A stretch of 46,322 bases of DNA from Octopus bimaculoides (taxonomy: Eukaryota): NCBI RefSeq assembly GCF_001194135.2, contig NC_068984.1, positions 81,497,379 through 81,543,700 of the forward strand, written 5' to 3'. The position numbers and the translations under genes were made by a program. Each line of letters starts with the position of its first letter. Within the stretch, counting starts at the first letter, position 1. The notes beneath the pieces are model-generated. The model worked only from the letters and a program-made list of their open reading frames with translations. It did not search any database and was not told the origin of the DNA. Positions 25,830 to 37,781 of this stretch are shown one piece after another.

Positions 25830-26115
25830 GCTAAACTCACCGCAGATCAGCTTTCAAGCATACACAGAAGACTTGAAGAAAGCAATGCAGATGCTCTTGA
25901 CATCGGCAAAGGTTTTCGACTGTGTCTAATACAAGAACGAATTTTCTGGCAAATTTGCCAGTCTTTGAGCTCTATGGACGTATCTTATCAGATTTCTCGA
26001 TTACAATCGGTGTCGACAAGACGCCCATTAACCTCCATTCTGTACAACTCTATTGTAGCAGATAATTCAGTTATGTCCCCTTAATATTCTTCGTTCTGAA
26101 CTTAACGACATCATG
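25830..26115 (+). mobile_element. Decayed CR1/L2/Jockey-group RT fragment
   Basis: LTADQLSSIHRRLEESNADALDIGK, then after a frameshift FDCV, resembles the ALDISKAFDKV motif. Frameshifts and stops follow. Confidence 0.6.
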
Positions 26116-27492
26116 CTGCCACGTCTAATCGCATATAACCGTCTTATGTAGATAATCTTCCACAGAGTCTATCCACACACATTTTATTCCACTCCAAACA
26201 CACGAAGTCACACAAACTCCCCACCACACACACACATACAAACACACATGTATAAACATATTACAAATACATACATACATACATACATACACCACACATA
26301 TTTTTGGCAGAGGTAACAGAGTGACTCAAAGGTCGAGAGTTTCGTGCATTGGTGCTTATCGAATTAGTTACAAGTCTAACGGCTATGGGTTTATATAGCT
26401 GGTTAAAATTGCATTTCTCTGGAACGTTCTCGAACAAATTTTAGAAGCAATTACAATGTCACGTGGATAATTCATATTTTTCAAATAGATTACCCGTTAT
26501 GTAGTTCAATAAGCGAATATATAAATAAATACACAAAGAAAGAAAAATTTGTACTTATCTTCACGCATGTATATATATATATATATATATATTAATAATA
26601 ATAAAATGACAACAAAAGAATGAATGAGACCCGATATTATGTAAATATNNNNNNNNNNNNNNNNNNNNNNNNNNNNNNNNNNNNNNNNNNNNNNNNNNNN
26701 NNNNNNNNNNNNNNNNNNNNNNNNNNNNNNNNNNNNNNNNNNNNNNNNNNNNNNNNNNNNNNNNNNNNNNNNNNNNNNNNNNNNNNNNNNNNNNNNNNNN
26801 NNNNNNNNNNNNNNNNNNNNNNNNNNNNNNNNNNNNNNNNNNNNNNNNNNNNNNNNNNNNNNNNNNNNNNNNNNNNNNNNNNNNNNNNNNNNNNNNNNNN
26901 NNNNNNNNNNNNNNNNNNNNNNNNNNNNNNNNNNNNNNNNNNNNNNNNNNNNNNNNNNNNNNNNNNNNNNNNNNNNNNNNNNNNNNNNNNNNNNNNNNNN
27001 NNNNNNNNNNNNNNNNNNNNNNNNNNNNNNNNNNNNNNNNNNNNNNNNNNNNNNNNNNNNNNNNNNNNNNNNNNNNNNNNNNNNNNNNNNNNNNNNNNNN
27101 NNNNNNNNNNNNNNNNNNNNNNNNNNNNNNNNNNNNNNNNNNNNNNNNNNNNNNNNNNNNNNNNNNNNNNNNNNNNNNNNNNNNNNNNNNNNNNNNNNNN
27201 NNNNNNNNNNNNNNNNNNNNNNNNNNNNNNNNNNNNNNNNNNNNNNNNNNNNNNNNNNNNNNNNNNNNNNNNNNNNNNNNNNNNNNNNNNNNNNNNNNNN
27301 NNNNNNNNNNNNNNNNNNNNNNNNNNNNNNNNNNNNNNNNNNNNNNNNNNNNNNNNNNNNNNNNNNNNNNNNNNNNNNNNNNNNNNNNNNNNNNNNNNNN
27401 NNNNNNNNNNNNNNNNNNNNNNNNNNNNNNNNNNNNNNNNNNNNNNNNNNNNNNNNNNNNNNNNNNNNNNNNNNNNNNNNNNNNNNNNNNNN

Positions 27493-27722
27493 GTTAGGGT
27501 GTCAGCACCATGATCGTAAGATTGTGGTTTCGATTCCTGGATCGGGCGACGCGTTGTGTTCTTGAGCAAAACACTTCATTTCACGTTGTTCCAGTCCACT
27601 CAGCTGGCAAAAATGATTAACGCTGCTATGGACTGGCGTCCCGTGCAGCTGGGGAGCACATACGCCATTGAAACCGGGAAACCGGGCCCATGATCCTGGC
27701 TAGGCTTTAAAAGGGTGTATTT
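27493..27722 (+). mobile_element. tRNA-headed SINE with a V-domain-like block
   Basis: Head ggtttcgattcc, core gtgttcttgagcaaaacactt, a gactggcgtcccgt block resembling V-SINEs, and a (TATT)n tail. Confidence 0.7.
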
Positions 27723-29032
27723 ATTTATTTTTTATACATACGTAACTTCATCCTCACATAGATATATGGATTCATTATATAGACGTTTATATAATGCCCA
27801 TACACCACCATAAACGTATACATATATGCACACTCGTACATATATGAATATACATATATGTGCATACACACCCACACACATATACATACGTACACATATG
27901 CATATATATGTATAAATATACACACACACATACGTGTGTATGTATACGCAACTTCATCTTCACATAGATATATGCCTACATTTATATGAACATTTATATA
28001 AATAAATGCACACATACACATACATAAACGTATACATATATGCACACTCGTACAGGCATATATTCACACTCACCGCATACATGAATATACGTATATGTAC
28101 ATATGTATCGAGGTACATATATATATGCATATACACCCTCCTATCAATCAACACACCTACAATCGCAGATATACAAGCGTATATACAAACATATATGTAT
28201 AAAGAAGGAGAATGCATTACAGTCGCCCTTATGCACCGATACAGTCTTACACACTTATACATACATACACTCGTACACATATATACACATGCACACACAT
28301 ACACATTTAATATATGCCTATATATATATGACTTCATGACTTCATAGGAATAAGCGTGGAAAACTACATCAAGATAACCAATTTTCAGATTTTTTAGTTC
28401 CTTTTAAAAAATGCAGATTTTGTGAATGAAACAAACTAGATCCTGAATAAGAAATAAATCTTTAATATGACAATTTTTCAGATTTTTTTACATCATTTTA
28501 AAAGGGGGCTGATTTTGTGACTCAAATTAACTAGATCCAAGTACAGTGAATACCATCCTCCACAATTTGCTACTCATATGAAGTACGTATGTATTTCAAC
28601 AATTTCTATCAAATACACTCTCTTTCTTGAGCATAAAAAATCCTCTTCCCGGGTGACAATAAGTTATATGTCAAATTGTTTCACAAGTTCTAGCTGTTTT
28701 GATAAGGGAAATCGGAAAGGTTTGAAATGATTTCATCGATATTTACTTGTACCAAAGAGCATTCTTTCGACAGACAACACGTTGATCTCATAAGTGTCAC
28801 GTGGTGGAAATAAACGCAATTATCAAACTTCTAATTCATTATTTCGTTTTTCTTTTTCTTTTGTACATCTGTGCTCGCGACTGCGTACAAGCGCACTTTG
28901 TNNNNNNNNNNGTAGGTAGAATATTGAAAAATAAAAATATTTTCTACGAGGGGGGGGGGGGCATTTGTGACTCCAAGAGTCAAAAGGGCCTTTGACCAAA
29001 ATGGGTTGAGAATCTTTGGTATAGATTATAAA

Positions 29033-29170
29033 TTAGCATCAGTTATAACGATATAGAACACGGAAACTTGTTCATTCCGAAACTGTGGTGTATAAAATTT
29101 TAAAATAAGAGGAAATAAATTTTGAGAATGAACAAGTCTCTATCTTCTATATTGTTATAATTATTGCTAA
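29033..29170. repeat. Imperfect inverted repeat / foldback MITE (arms of about 50 bp)
   Basis: ttataacgatatagaacacggaaacttgttcattccgaaa versus the reverse complement of tttgagaatgaacaagtctctatcttctatattgttataa, extending out to ttagca/tgctaa. Confidence 0.75.
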
Positions 29171-29314
29171 CACACACACACACACACACACACACATAAA
29201 TCACTGCGTATATATTCACGTACGTATGCGTGTGTGGTGCGAGAATAAATGTGCACATGTGTGCACACATGCATTTGCATGTACTTGTGATGTGTGTGCC
29301 TCTGTCTGTGTGTA

Positions 29315-29358
<44 letters not shown>

Positions 29359-29978
29359 CATGTTTATGCAAGTGTATATTTTATGCTCGGCGAAGTTGTA
29401 TCGTGTGTGCATGTGAGTTCGTAGGTATGCGATTCTGGGTCTTTATGTGCGTTCGTGTGTGTTCACCAGTGCGAGTATGTCTATGTGTCTGCAAGCATCA
29501 AATGTACGTTTATGGGGGTGTCTGTGTGCGCAAGTGTCTGTTTGTGTTTTGTCTGTGTGCGTGCCAGTGTGTATAAGCGTTTTCTGAGTGTGTTTGCGTG
29601 TGTTTTCTGTGTGCTTATGAGCGTTTATAAGCATTTTCGTGTGTACAAGTGTGTAGTTTATATGAATTTATGTATGCTCCTGATTGCTTTCTATGCGCGT
29701 GAATGTATGTATAGGTGCGCGTTTTTGATTTTATATTTCAAATGGTGTGCTTCCTGTGTGTGTATGCAATGGTGCTTCTGTGTTTCTCGTTTCTTTTTGG
29801 TGTTAGTCTACACTAATACTGTTGGTGTATATACATACATATACATACCCCCACACACGCACACACAAACATGTACATATTATGTACATACATACATACA
29901 TATACACGCACGTATATCTATACATAGATATATACATACACGCACAAATATACATATATATATGTGTGTGTGTGTGTG

Positions 29979-30033
<55 letters not shown>

Positions 30034-30552
30034 NNNNNNNNNNNNNNNNNNNNNNNNNNNNNNNNNNNNNNNNNNNNNNNNNNNNNNNNNNNNNNNNNNN
30101 NNNNNNNNNNNNNNNNNNNNNNNNNNNNNNNNNNNNNNNNNNNNNNNNNNNNNNNNNNNNNNNNNNNNNNNNNNNNNNNNNNNNNNNNNNNNNNNNNNNN
30201 NNNNNNNNNNNNNNNNNNNNNNNNNNNNNNNNNNNNNNNNNNNNNNNNNNNNNNNNNNNNNNNNNNNNNNNNNNNNNNNNNNNNNNNNNNTATATATATA
30301 CATACATATATACATACATATATACATATATGTGTGTGTGTAGTAAGTTTTAACTATATATATATACTCATACATAATCAGATACATACACATGTATACA
30401 TATACACACATACATACACACACACTAACATTTGCATACATATACGCAAAATCATACGTACCTACACATGTGTGTATAGCTGTATGTATGCGTTATGTAT
30501 GTGCGTGTGTATGTATATGCACACATATATTTTATATATGTGTGTGTATGTG

Positions 30553-30596
<44 letters not shown>

Positions 30597-31652
30597 CGTA
30601 TATATGTAAATGTAAATGCGTGTGTTTAGTGTGTGTGTAGGGGGATTAGTGTGTGTGTGTGTGTGTGTGTGTACACACACATGCGCTGTACATCCTCACT
30701 ACTCGCTATTTTTCTACTTGTACATGTGTTCAAACAGAAATGCGTGTCTTCGTTTTGTTTTTGTTCCTATGTCAGAAAGAATCAATGTAAATGTTGAAAG
30801 CATGTGGAACTGAAGCAGTAGGAATGTGGTAGGAGAATATAAGAGAGTGGGAGTGGTGAAGGGGGTGGTAAACAATAGCCGAGATGTCATAGCATGAGGG
30901 AGGGGGAGGAGGTTCAAGAAACAGTGAAGGGTGAAGTGGGAGAAAACAGAGAAGACAGAGAGTGAGAGCGAGTGGGAGAAGAGGGAGTGGGGGTGTGCAG
31001 AAGAGTAAAAGAGGCAGAAAAAGAAAGTAAGAATTAAAGAAAGTGATGTGTGTGTGTGTGTGTGTGTGTAGGAGAAAGTGAACGATAGAGAATGAGAGAG
31101 AGAGAGGAAGAGAGAGAATTTAAGATGGGGGAGTGACAGATATTTCCACTGACAGACATGAGAGATAGGTGTATGTGGTATATGTACTGGGAATATNNNN
31201 NNNNNNNNNNNNNNNNNNNNNNNNNNNNNNNNNNNNNNNNNNNNNNNNNNNNNNNNNNNNNNNNNNNNNNNNNNNNNNNNNNNNNNNNNNNNNNNNNNNN
31301 NNNNNNNNNNNNNNNNNNNNNNNNNNNNNNNNNNNNNNNNNNNNNNNNNNNNNNNNNNNNNNNNNNNNNNNNNNNNNNNNNNNNNNNNNNNNNNNNNNNN
31401 NNNNNNNNNNNNNNNNNNNNNNNNNNNNNNNNNNNNNNNNNNNNNNNNNNNNNNNNNNNNNNNNNNNNNNNNNNNNNNNNNNNNNNNNNNNNNNNNNNNN
31501 NNNNNNNNNNNNNNNNNNNNNNNNNNNNNNNNNNNNNNNNNNNNNNNNNNNNNNNNNNNNNNNNNNNNNNNNNNNNNNNNNNNNNNNNNNNNNNNNNNNN
31601 NNNNNNNNNNNNNNNNNNNNNNNNNNNNNNNNNNNNNNNNNNNNNNNNNNNN

Positions 31653-31684
<32 letters not shown>

Positions 31685-31722
31685 CACACTCATGCGTGTG
31701 TGTGTGTGTGTGTGTGTATGAG

Positions 31723-31768
<46 letters not shown>

Positions 31769-31829
31769 TACATACATGCATGCATACATACATACGTACA
31801 TATATACATACGTACATATACTCATATAC

Positions 31830-32200
31830 TAAGAAAACATTTGTGGTGGAGTAACGCGGAACTAACACCTCTTGTACCCTGTCTAAATTTTCATTTGTAC
31901 CTATCATCATAGGTGCATTAGGCTATGTATCTACAGATTTACACAAAAACCTAGAAATACTAGGTCTTATGAAGAAAGAGGAAAAGAAGCTGACACTCAT
32001 TCTCCAAATCCAATCTATTAGCGGCACGGTGAAAATTTGTAAGGGATTCCGAAGATTCTCGAACTGAGTTTCTTTAAATAAATAGATGCACACACATGGA
32101 TGTGTGCATCGACAGTTCAGCCAACACACCAACTGAACTCCCTTAATTCAAAAAGTCTAGTTGTTTTGTTAATGACCGGTTTGAACTCTCTTACGAACTG
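31830..32200 (+). mobile_element. 3' end of an RLE-type (R4/Dong-like) non-LTR retrotransposon with its 3' UTR
   Basis: KFSFVPIIIGALGYVSTDLHKNLEILG...LQIQSISGTVKICKGFRRFSN-stop (TGA 32065-32067). The PIIIGALG...GTVKI pattern is typical of the C-terminus of R4/Dong-type ORFs. Stem-loops follow in the UTR. Confidence 0.65.
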
Positions 32201-32577
32201 AAATAAATTTCAAAGAAAAAACATGCATAGATACATATTTACATACTTGTAATCGAGTATGTTAATGTGCCAAATTTTCATTAATGGCTTCAAAGGCTTA
32301 AGCATAGTCGTGAGTAGATAATTACAACCTTTTACCACCTTTGAATTTGCAGAACATCTACGATATGACAGCAGGACTGAGAAAGGGCTGTACCAGCAGT
32401 AGGGTTTCTATTTTATTTATCAACCAAGAATGGATAAAATGCAAATTTGATTTCTGGTGGATTTGAACTGATAATGCACTATATCGGAACAAATACCGCT
32501 ACGTCATTTTATTTTCTAAAATAAAAGAAAAGGGAAAGAACATTATCTAATGCTGTCATCCTGAAATAAAAACGGAA

Positions 32578-32853
32578 GGTCAATGTGACTGTGTGGTAAG
32601 AAGCTTGCTTCCCAACCATCTGGTTCCAGGTTCAGTCCCACTGCGTGGAGCCTTGGACAAATGTCTTTTACTATAGCTTCCGGCCGCACAAAGCCTTGTG
32701 AGTGGATTTGGTAGACAGAAACTGAAAGAAGCTCGTAGTATATGTGTGTGTGTATGTGCTTGTTTGTGTGAGTCTTTGTTTGTCCCCCATCACAGCTTGA
32801 CAACCGGTGTTGGTGTGTTTATGTCCCCGTGACTTAACGGTTCGTTAAAGAGA
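32578..32853 (+). mobile_element. SINE family A copy lacking its 3' tail
   Basis: A box gactgtgtggtaag, B box ggttcagtccc, and body up to aaagagacc, followed directly by repeat E. Confidence 0.8.
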
Positions 32854-33429
32854 CCGGATCTATTCAATTTGACGGCCAGATTTTTTAATTGATTTTTCTA
32901 GCTAAACACTTTGAAACTTCGGATACTAGTAGAATGTGTCACATAGAACAGGGTTTACTCTTAACGTTTTTGACAAAATTTTGTATTTTAGAAGTCATTT
33001 CGTGTTAAAGTTGTATTTGGGTAATTTTAACCATTCAAAGACGTGTATTCAGCTGAAGAATATTACTTCCGGGTCCATTATATATATATATATATATATN
33101 NNNNNNNNNNNNNNNNNNNNNNNNNNNNNNNNNNNNNNNNNNNNNNNNNNNNNNNNNNNNNNNNNNNNNNNNNNNNNNNNNNNNNNNNNNNNNNNNNNNN
33201 NNNNNNNNNNNNNNNNNNNNNNNNNNNNNNNNNNNNNNNNNNNNNNNNNNNNNNNNNNNNNNNNNNNNNNNNNNNNNNNNNNNNNNNNNNNNNNNNNNNN
33301 NNNNNNNNNNNNNNNNNNNNNNNNNNNNNNNNNNNNNNNNNNNNNNNNNNNNNNNNNNNNNNNNNNNNNNNNNNAATGATATATATATATATATATACAT
33401 ATATGTGTAAAAAAATCTCATCAAGCAAT

Positions 33430-33620
33430 CGAACCAATGAAAGAGCCTCTACCTGGTCGCTCGACAGGCTAAAAGTAGCAGCCAAAATATCCCTCTACCT
33501 AAATCACACGCCCAATGTATTTAATGTTCTAGATTATCCCTAAAAAGACGGTTTGCTGAAGGCTGGAATGTCTTTGATGATAGGTTTGCTGTATCAGGGT
33601 TGATTTGAGGTTAAATAACA
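33430..33620 (+). mobile_element. Interspersed repeat family D (SINE-like, (AAC)n tail); about 10 copies in the window
   Basis: Shared blocks gctagaaatagcagccaaat...aaatcacacc and ggctggaatgtctttgat..tagg..tgctcgatcag. Other copies lie at ~8545-8790, 14555-14660, 17795-17875, 19095-19165, 40620-40710 and 45820-45880 (minus) and 18540-18640, 41340-41545 and 41700-41880 (plus). Confidence 0.55.
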
Positions 33621-34539
33621 ACAAAATTATGGTCCTTAGTGCAAATCGTGCGAGTAAAAAGATCAATGGGGGTGGGGTGAAATTTCCGAGGCTTCCACCT
33701 CATCCCACCCCGTTTTTCGGACCCCAAAAAGGGTTTTGTAGCATATTAGGAGGTCACAGGAATTCATTCAACGAAAAAAAAATTCCATTGATTCCTCCGA
33801 ACCAAAATAAGGGATTTGTAGCACATTAGAAGGTCAGGGTAATTGATTCCATGCAAAAAATCGAAGTTTTTTTTTTCTTAGTGAAAATCGAGCGGGTGTT
33901 AATATAGAATATTTACAATCATTTTGTTAAAATATTGATTTTAACAAAATATTGATTGTTGTTAAAATATTGATTCGCGTTCATGGTTTGGTCACTGGAA
34001 AGGCAGTGCCCATTATCTTTTGTAGGGTTTCCAAAATAGTGGAAGAAAACAGAGGAACAAGCAACAACACATATGTTGTTGAAGTCGAAAGCTATGGCTT
34101 AACACACGATCATGTTATCCTCAGACAGGAAAACACTGTCCAGATATATGCAACAAAATGGTCTCCTCAAAAGGTACTCAAGAGCCTGCCGGTGATGCTA
34201 AATCAATTGACGAAGAATAACTACACCCAATCCAATCTCTTTAATCAATTTCCATCAATTTCATGCTCAAGGCAGGTGACGACCTGGGGTTGTACCCGAA
34301 GACACTTTTGCACAGAATAGAATCAAATCTGAAATCATGTAGATGCTAAGCGTACCTCTTAATTACAAAACCAAGCCAACGTGCGTATATTCAAGCTTGC
34401 ACAATCATCAGGAAAGCAAACAAATTCAAGTTCTCTTTACACCACGAAATTTCAGATCATATTCTTGGCTGCAGTCGACTTGTGAAAGAATGTAAGCTCA
34501 TTTGAAATAGCTATCATATATTTTCTAAGCAATGCATAC

Positions 34540-34628
34540 CTCCGAGAGTAGCGTTTTATCCTCAAAATTGGTTTGTTTTTCAGCCACTAGTTCAATCTCT
34601 ATGAATGTGAGTTGAACTGGATCTAACT
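34540..34628 (-). CDS. Upstream coding exon (E)LDPVQLTFIEIELVAEKQTNFEDKTLLSE, phase 1 to phase 0; probably the same gene
   Basis: Acceptor ctacttttgattatag|AG, 89 nt open (2+29x3), donor GAG|gtatgc. Its phase does not join 18911 directly, so at least one exon is missing, plausibly inside an N gap. Confidence 0.6.
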
Positions 34629-34885
34629 CTATAATCAAAAGTAGTCTATCCATGACCATCCCGCCTTTTCTGAGGCATTGTGAATTATATTTTCTAATAT
34701 ATTCTGCCCTTATTTTTGAAACTTTTTCATATACAGAATTATGCCATATAAGAGGATAAAGGAAGAATTTTGGACATTGGAAGATATCAATATCCTCAAA
34801 TATCTCTTAATAATCATGATTTTGATATCCTGAAGATCCCATATGTAATACGAATATGTTTTGACGATAGTAGAAAGGATATAGG

Positions 34886-34923
<38 letters not shown>

Positions 34924-35277
34924 TTCTGTTGTTTCTTAATCACAAGCTTGCACTCATGGAGCTGGTCTACGATATCTATGACCCTCCAGCTGACACTATC
35001 AAGTCTTTTGCCCACCAAAATATCTAAGACTATATTAATGATTGCGCTCGTCTTTTAATTTTTTTCCCTTTATGTATCCTAATTACTAAACATTAACATC
35101 ATTTCTTAGATATTTCAAGAGGGTTAATAAATGGTTTATTGAATTTCGAGGCGTGAGAATGACAAGGGAGTGCTTGTCATTCGGTGCAAGACTAAATCGT
35201 AAGGGACATCGTTCGGAGAGCACCGGTTTTTCGGTCTTCTTATTTCCCATTCTTCATCGTTATATATCGATCAAAAG

Positions 35278-35323
<46 letters not shown>

Positions 35324-35884
35324 ACATAAATATATATATATCATACCTTTGTGTGTGTTTACTTATCTAAACTCTTTAGTTTGTCAACAGAAGAAAAACG
35401 TTAGGAATACAATTGTAGAGTATTTACGTAAACTTCNNNNNNNNNNNNNNNNNNNNNNNNNNNNNNNNNNNNNNNNNNNNNNNNNNNNNNNNNNNNNNNN
35501 NNNNNNNNNNNNNNNNNNNNNNNNNNNNNNNNNNNNNNNNNNNNNNNNNNNNNNNNNNNNNNTTTGGACACAGACCCTTCCTTTTCAGTTACGGTGAATA
35601 CGAATATGCAAAAAGATTGGCAATTTTCCGGAACCTCCGTATCCAAAAACGGAGGTTTTAAGCAAAAAAAAAAAATTTTAAATGAACAAATTTGGGAGAA
35701 AATGGGTGGAGGGGGGGTGGAAGTCTTTCCCCAGTTGCGTACTTGGGGTCGATCTAATCGACTGCTCACGCTTCCCAAAAAGTTTCGGGCCCTGTGCCCC
35801 AGAGTAGAAAAGATTATTTACGTAAACTGAATTTCATTGTCTTTTTACTTGAGTTTTTAGCATCCAGAAAACTTTAGAAGATTG

Positions 35885-36076
35885 CGGTGGTGTAGCAGCT
35901 GAGTCACGGGGCAATCGAATTCAATTTCTGCCTATCTTTCAGAAGCATGAATAAGTGACACTTATATGGAGGCTCCACATTTGGGTTTGCTGCATAAGCT
36001 TCCATAATCTTAGAAGCTCGAGGGACAGAAAAATGAAGGACTGGCCCAAGCAGTACATACTCTAGCTACGCCACTG
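35885..36076. mobile_element. MITE with about 15-bp terminal inverted repeats
   Basis: cggtggtgtagcag (35885-35898) is an imperfect inverse of ctagctacgccactg (36062-36076). A similar lone end, cctagctacgctactg, lies at 23965-23980. No clear TSD. Confidence 0.5.
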
Positions 36077-36813
36077 TCAACCGGAAACTACTGTGGAAAA
36101 CACCTACCGTGCAATGAGAACCAGTGAGAACCACATGGTTGAGTGGTGAACTCCTTAACCACACAACCACACCCGAGCCAAAATTAAGTATATTTACCAT
36201 GTATACAGGGTATTTGTGCTATTAGGAAACGACCCACTGTTGCTTCGACTGTAATAATGCTATGATGTAGGTCTTGAGCGATTCACACAAAATACACGAC
36301 TTTATTATGTTGTATTCATAATATAATAAATATGACATTCGTTTCACCTAACCGGTGTTCATCGCCGAATTCCCACCGAGTTATAGATATAAATATTATT
36401 CTTCTGTTAACCTAATTGCTAACCTGTCCAACCTTAGATCAGTAACACAAATTATGCAACAGGTCTTCAATAGAGAAGAAAAAAACCCCATAAAACATCA
36501 TTGTTATATATGTAGACAGAATATGGGTTTTTTTAAACCCCGACTGGGATCACAAGGTCAGATCTAACGGAATATATTTCCATTTTTATATTTTTAATTT
36601 TACAATTTTCTATTTCTTTTAAGGCTCTATGTGTCACAATTTTGACCTCGATAAGACTTCTGAGCGGCAGGGTTTCGTATATGTGATTAGGGGGAAAAAA
36701 AACTTCTGGCAAGGGAAAAAAAACCAATTTAACTTGTAGAGTGGTGGGGAATCACTTTTCGTTACCAACGAATATTTACACATATCTCTTTCTCACACAC
36801 ACAGACACACACG

Positions 36814-36872
<59 letters not shown>

Positions 36873-37730
36873 NNNNNNNNNNNNNNNNNNNNNNNNNNNN
36901 NNNNNNNNNNNNNNNNNNNNNNNNNNNNNNNNNNNNNNNNNNNNNNNNNNNNNNNNNNNNNNNNNNNNNNNNNNNNNNNNNNNNNNNNNNNNNNNNNNNN
37001 NNNNNNNNNNNNNNNNNNNNNNNNNNNNNNNNNNNNNNNNNNNNNNNNNNNNNNNNNNNNNNNNNNNNNNNNNNNNNNNNNNNNNNNNNNNNNNNNNNNN
37101 NNNNNNNNNNNNNNNNNNNNNNNNNNNNNNNNNNNNNNNNNNNNNNNNNNNNNNNNNNNNNNNNNNNNNNNNNNNNNNNNNNNNNNNNNNNNNNNNNNNN
37201 NNNNNNNNNNNNNNNNNNNNNNNNNNNNNNNNNNNNNNNNNNNNNNNNNNNNNNNNNNNNNNNNNNNNNNNNNNNNNNNNNNNNNNNNNNNNNNNNNNNN
37301 NNNNNNNNNNNNNNNNNNNNNNNNNNNNNNNNNNNNNNNNNNNNNNNNNNNNNNNNNNNNNNNNNNNNNNNNNNNNNNNNNNNNNNNNNNNNNNNNNNNN
37401 NNNNNNNNNNNNNNNNNNNNNNNNNNNNNNNNNNNNNNNNNNNNNNNNNNNNNNNNNNNNNNNNNNNNNNNNNNNNNNNNNNNNNNNNNNNNNNNNNNNN
37501 NNNNNNNNNNNNNNNNNNNNNNNNNNNNNNNNNNNNNNNNNNNNNNNNNNNNNNNNNNNNNNNNNNNNNNNNNNNNNNNNNNNNNNNNNNNNNNNNNNNN
37601 NNNNNNNNNNNNNNNNNNNNNNNNNNNNNNNNNNNNNNNNNNNNNNNNNNNNNNNNNNNNNNNNNNNNNNNNNNNNNNNNNNNNNNNNNNNNNNNNNNNN
37701 NNNNNNNNNNNNNNNNNNNNNNNNNNNNNN

Positions 37731-37781
<51 letters not shown>

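Noticed and set aside
35125-35230. KWFIEFR resembling a mariner transposase, plus a 10-bp hairpin gaatgacaag/cttgtcattc
   Set aside because: Too short, with no further motifs or TIRs.
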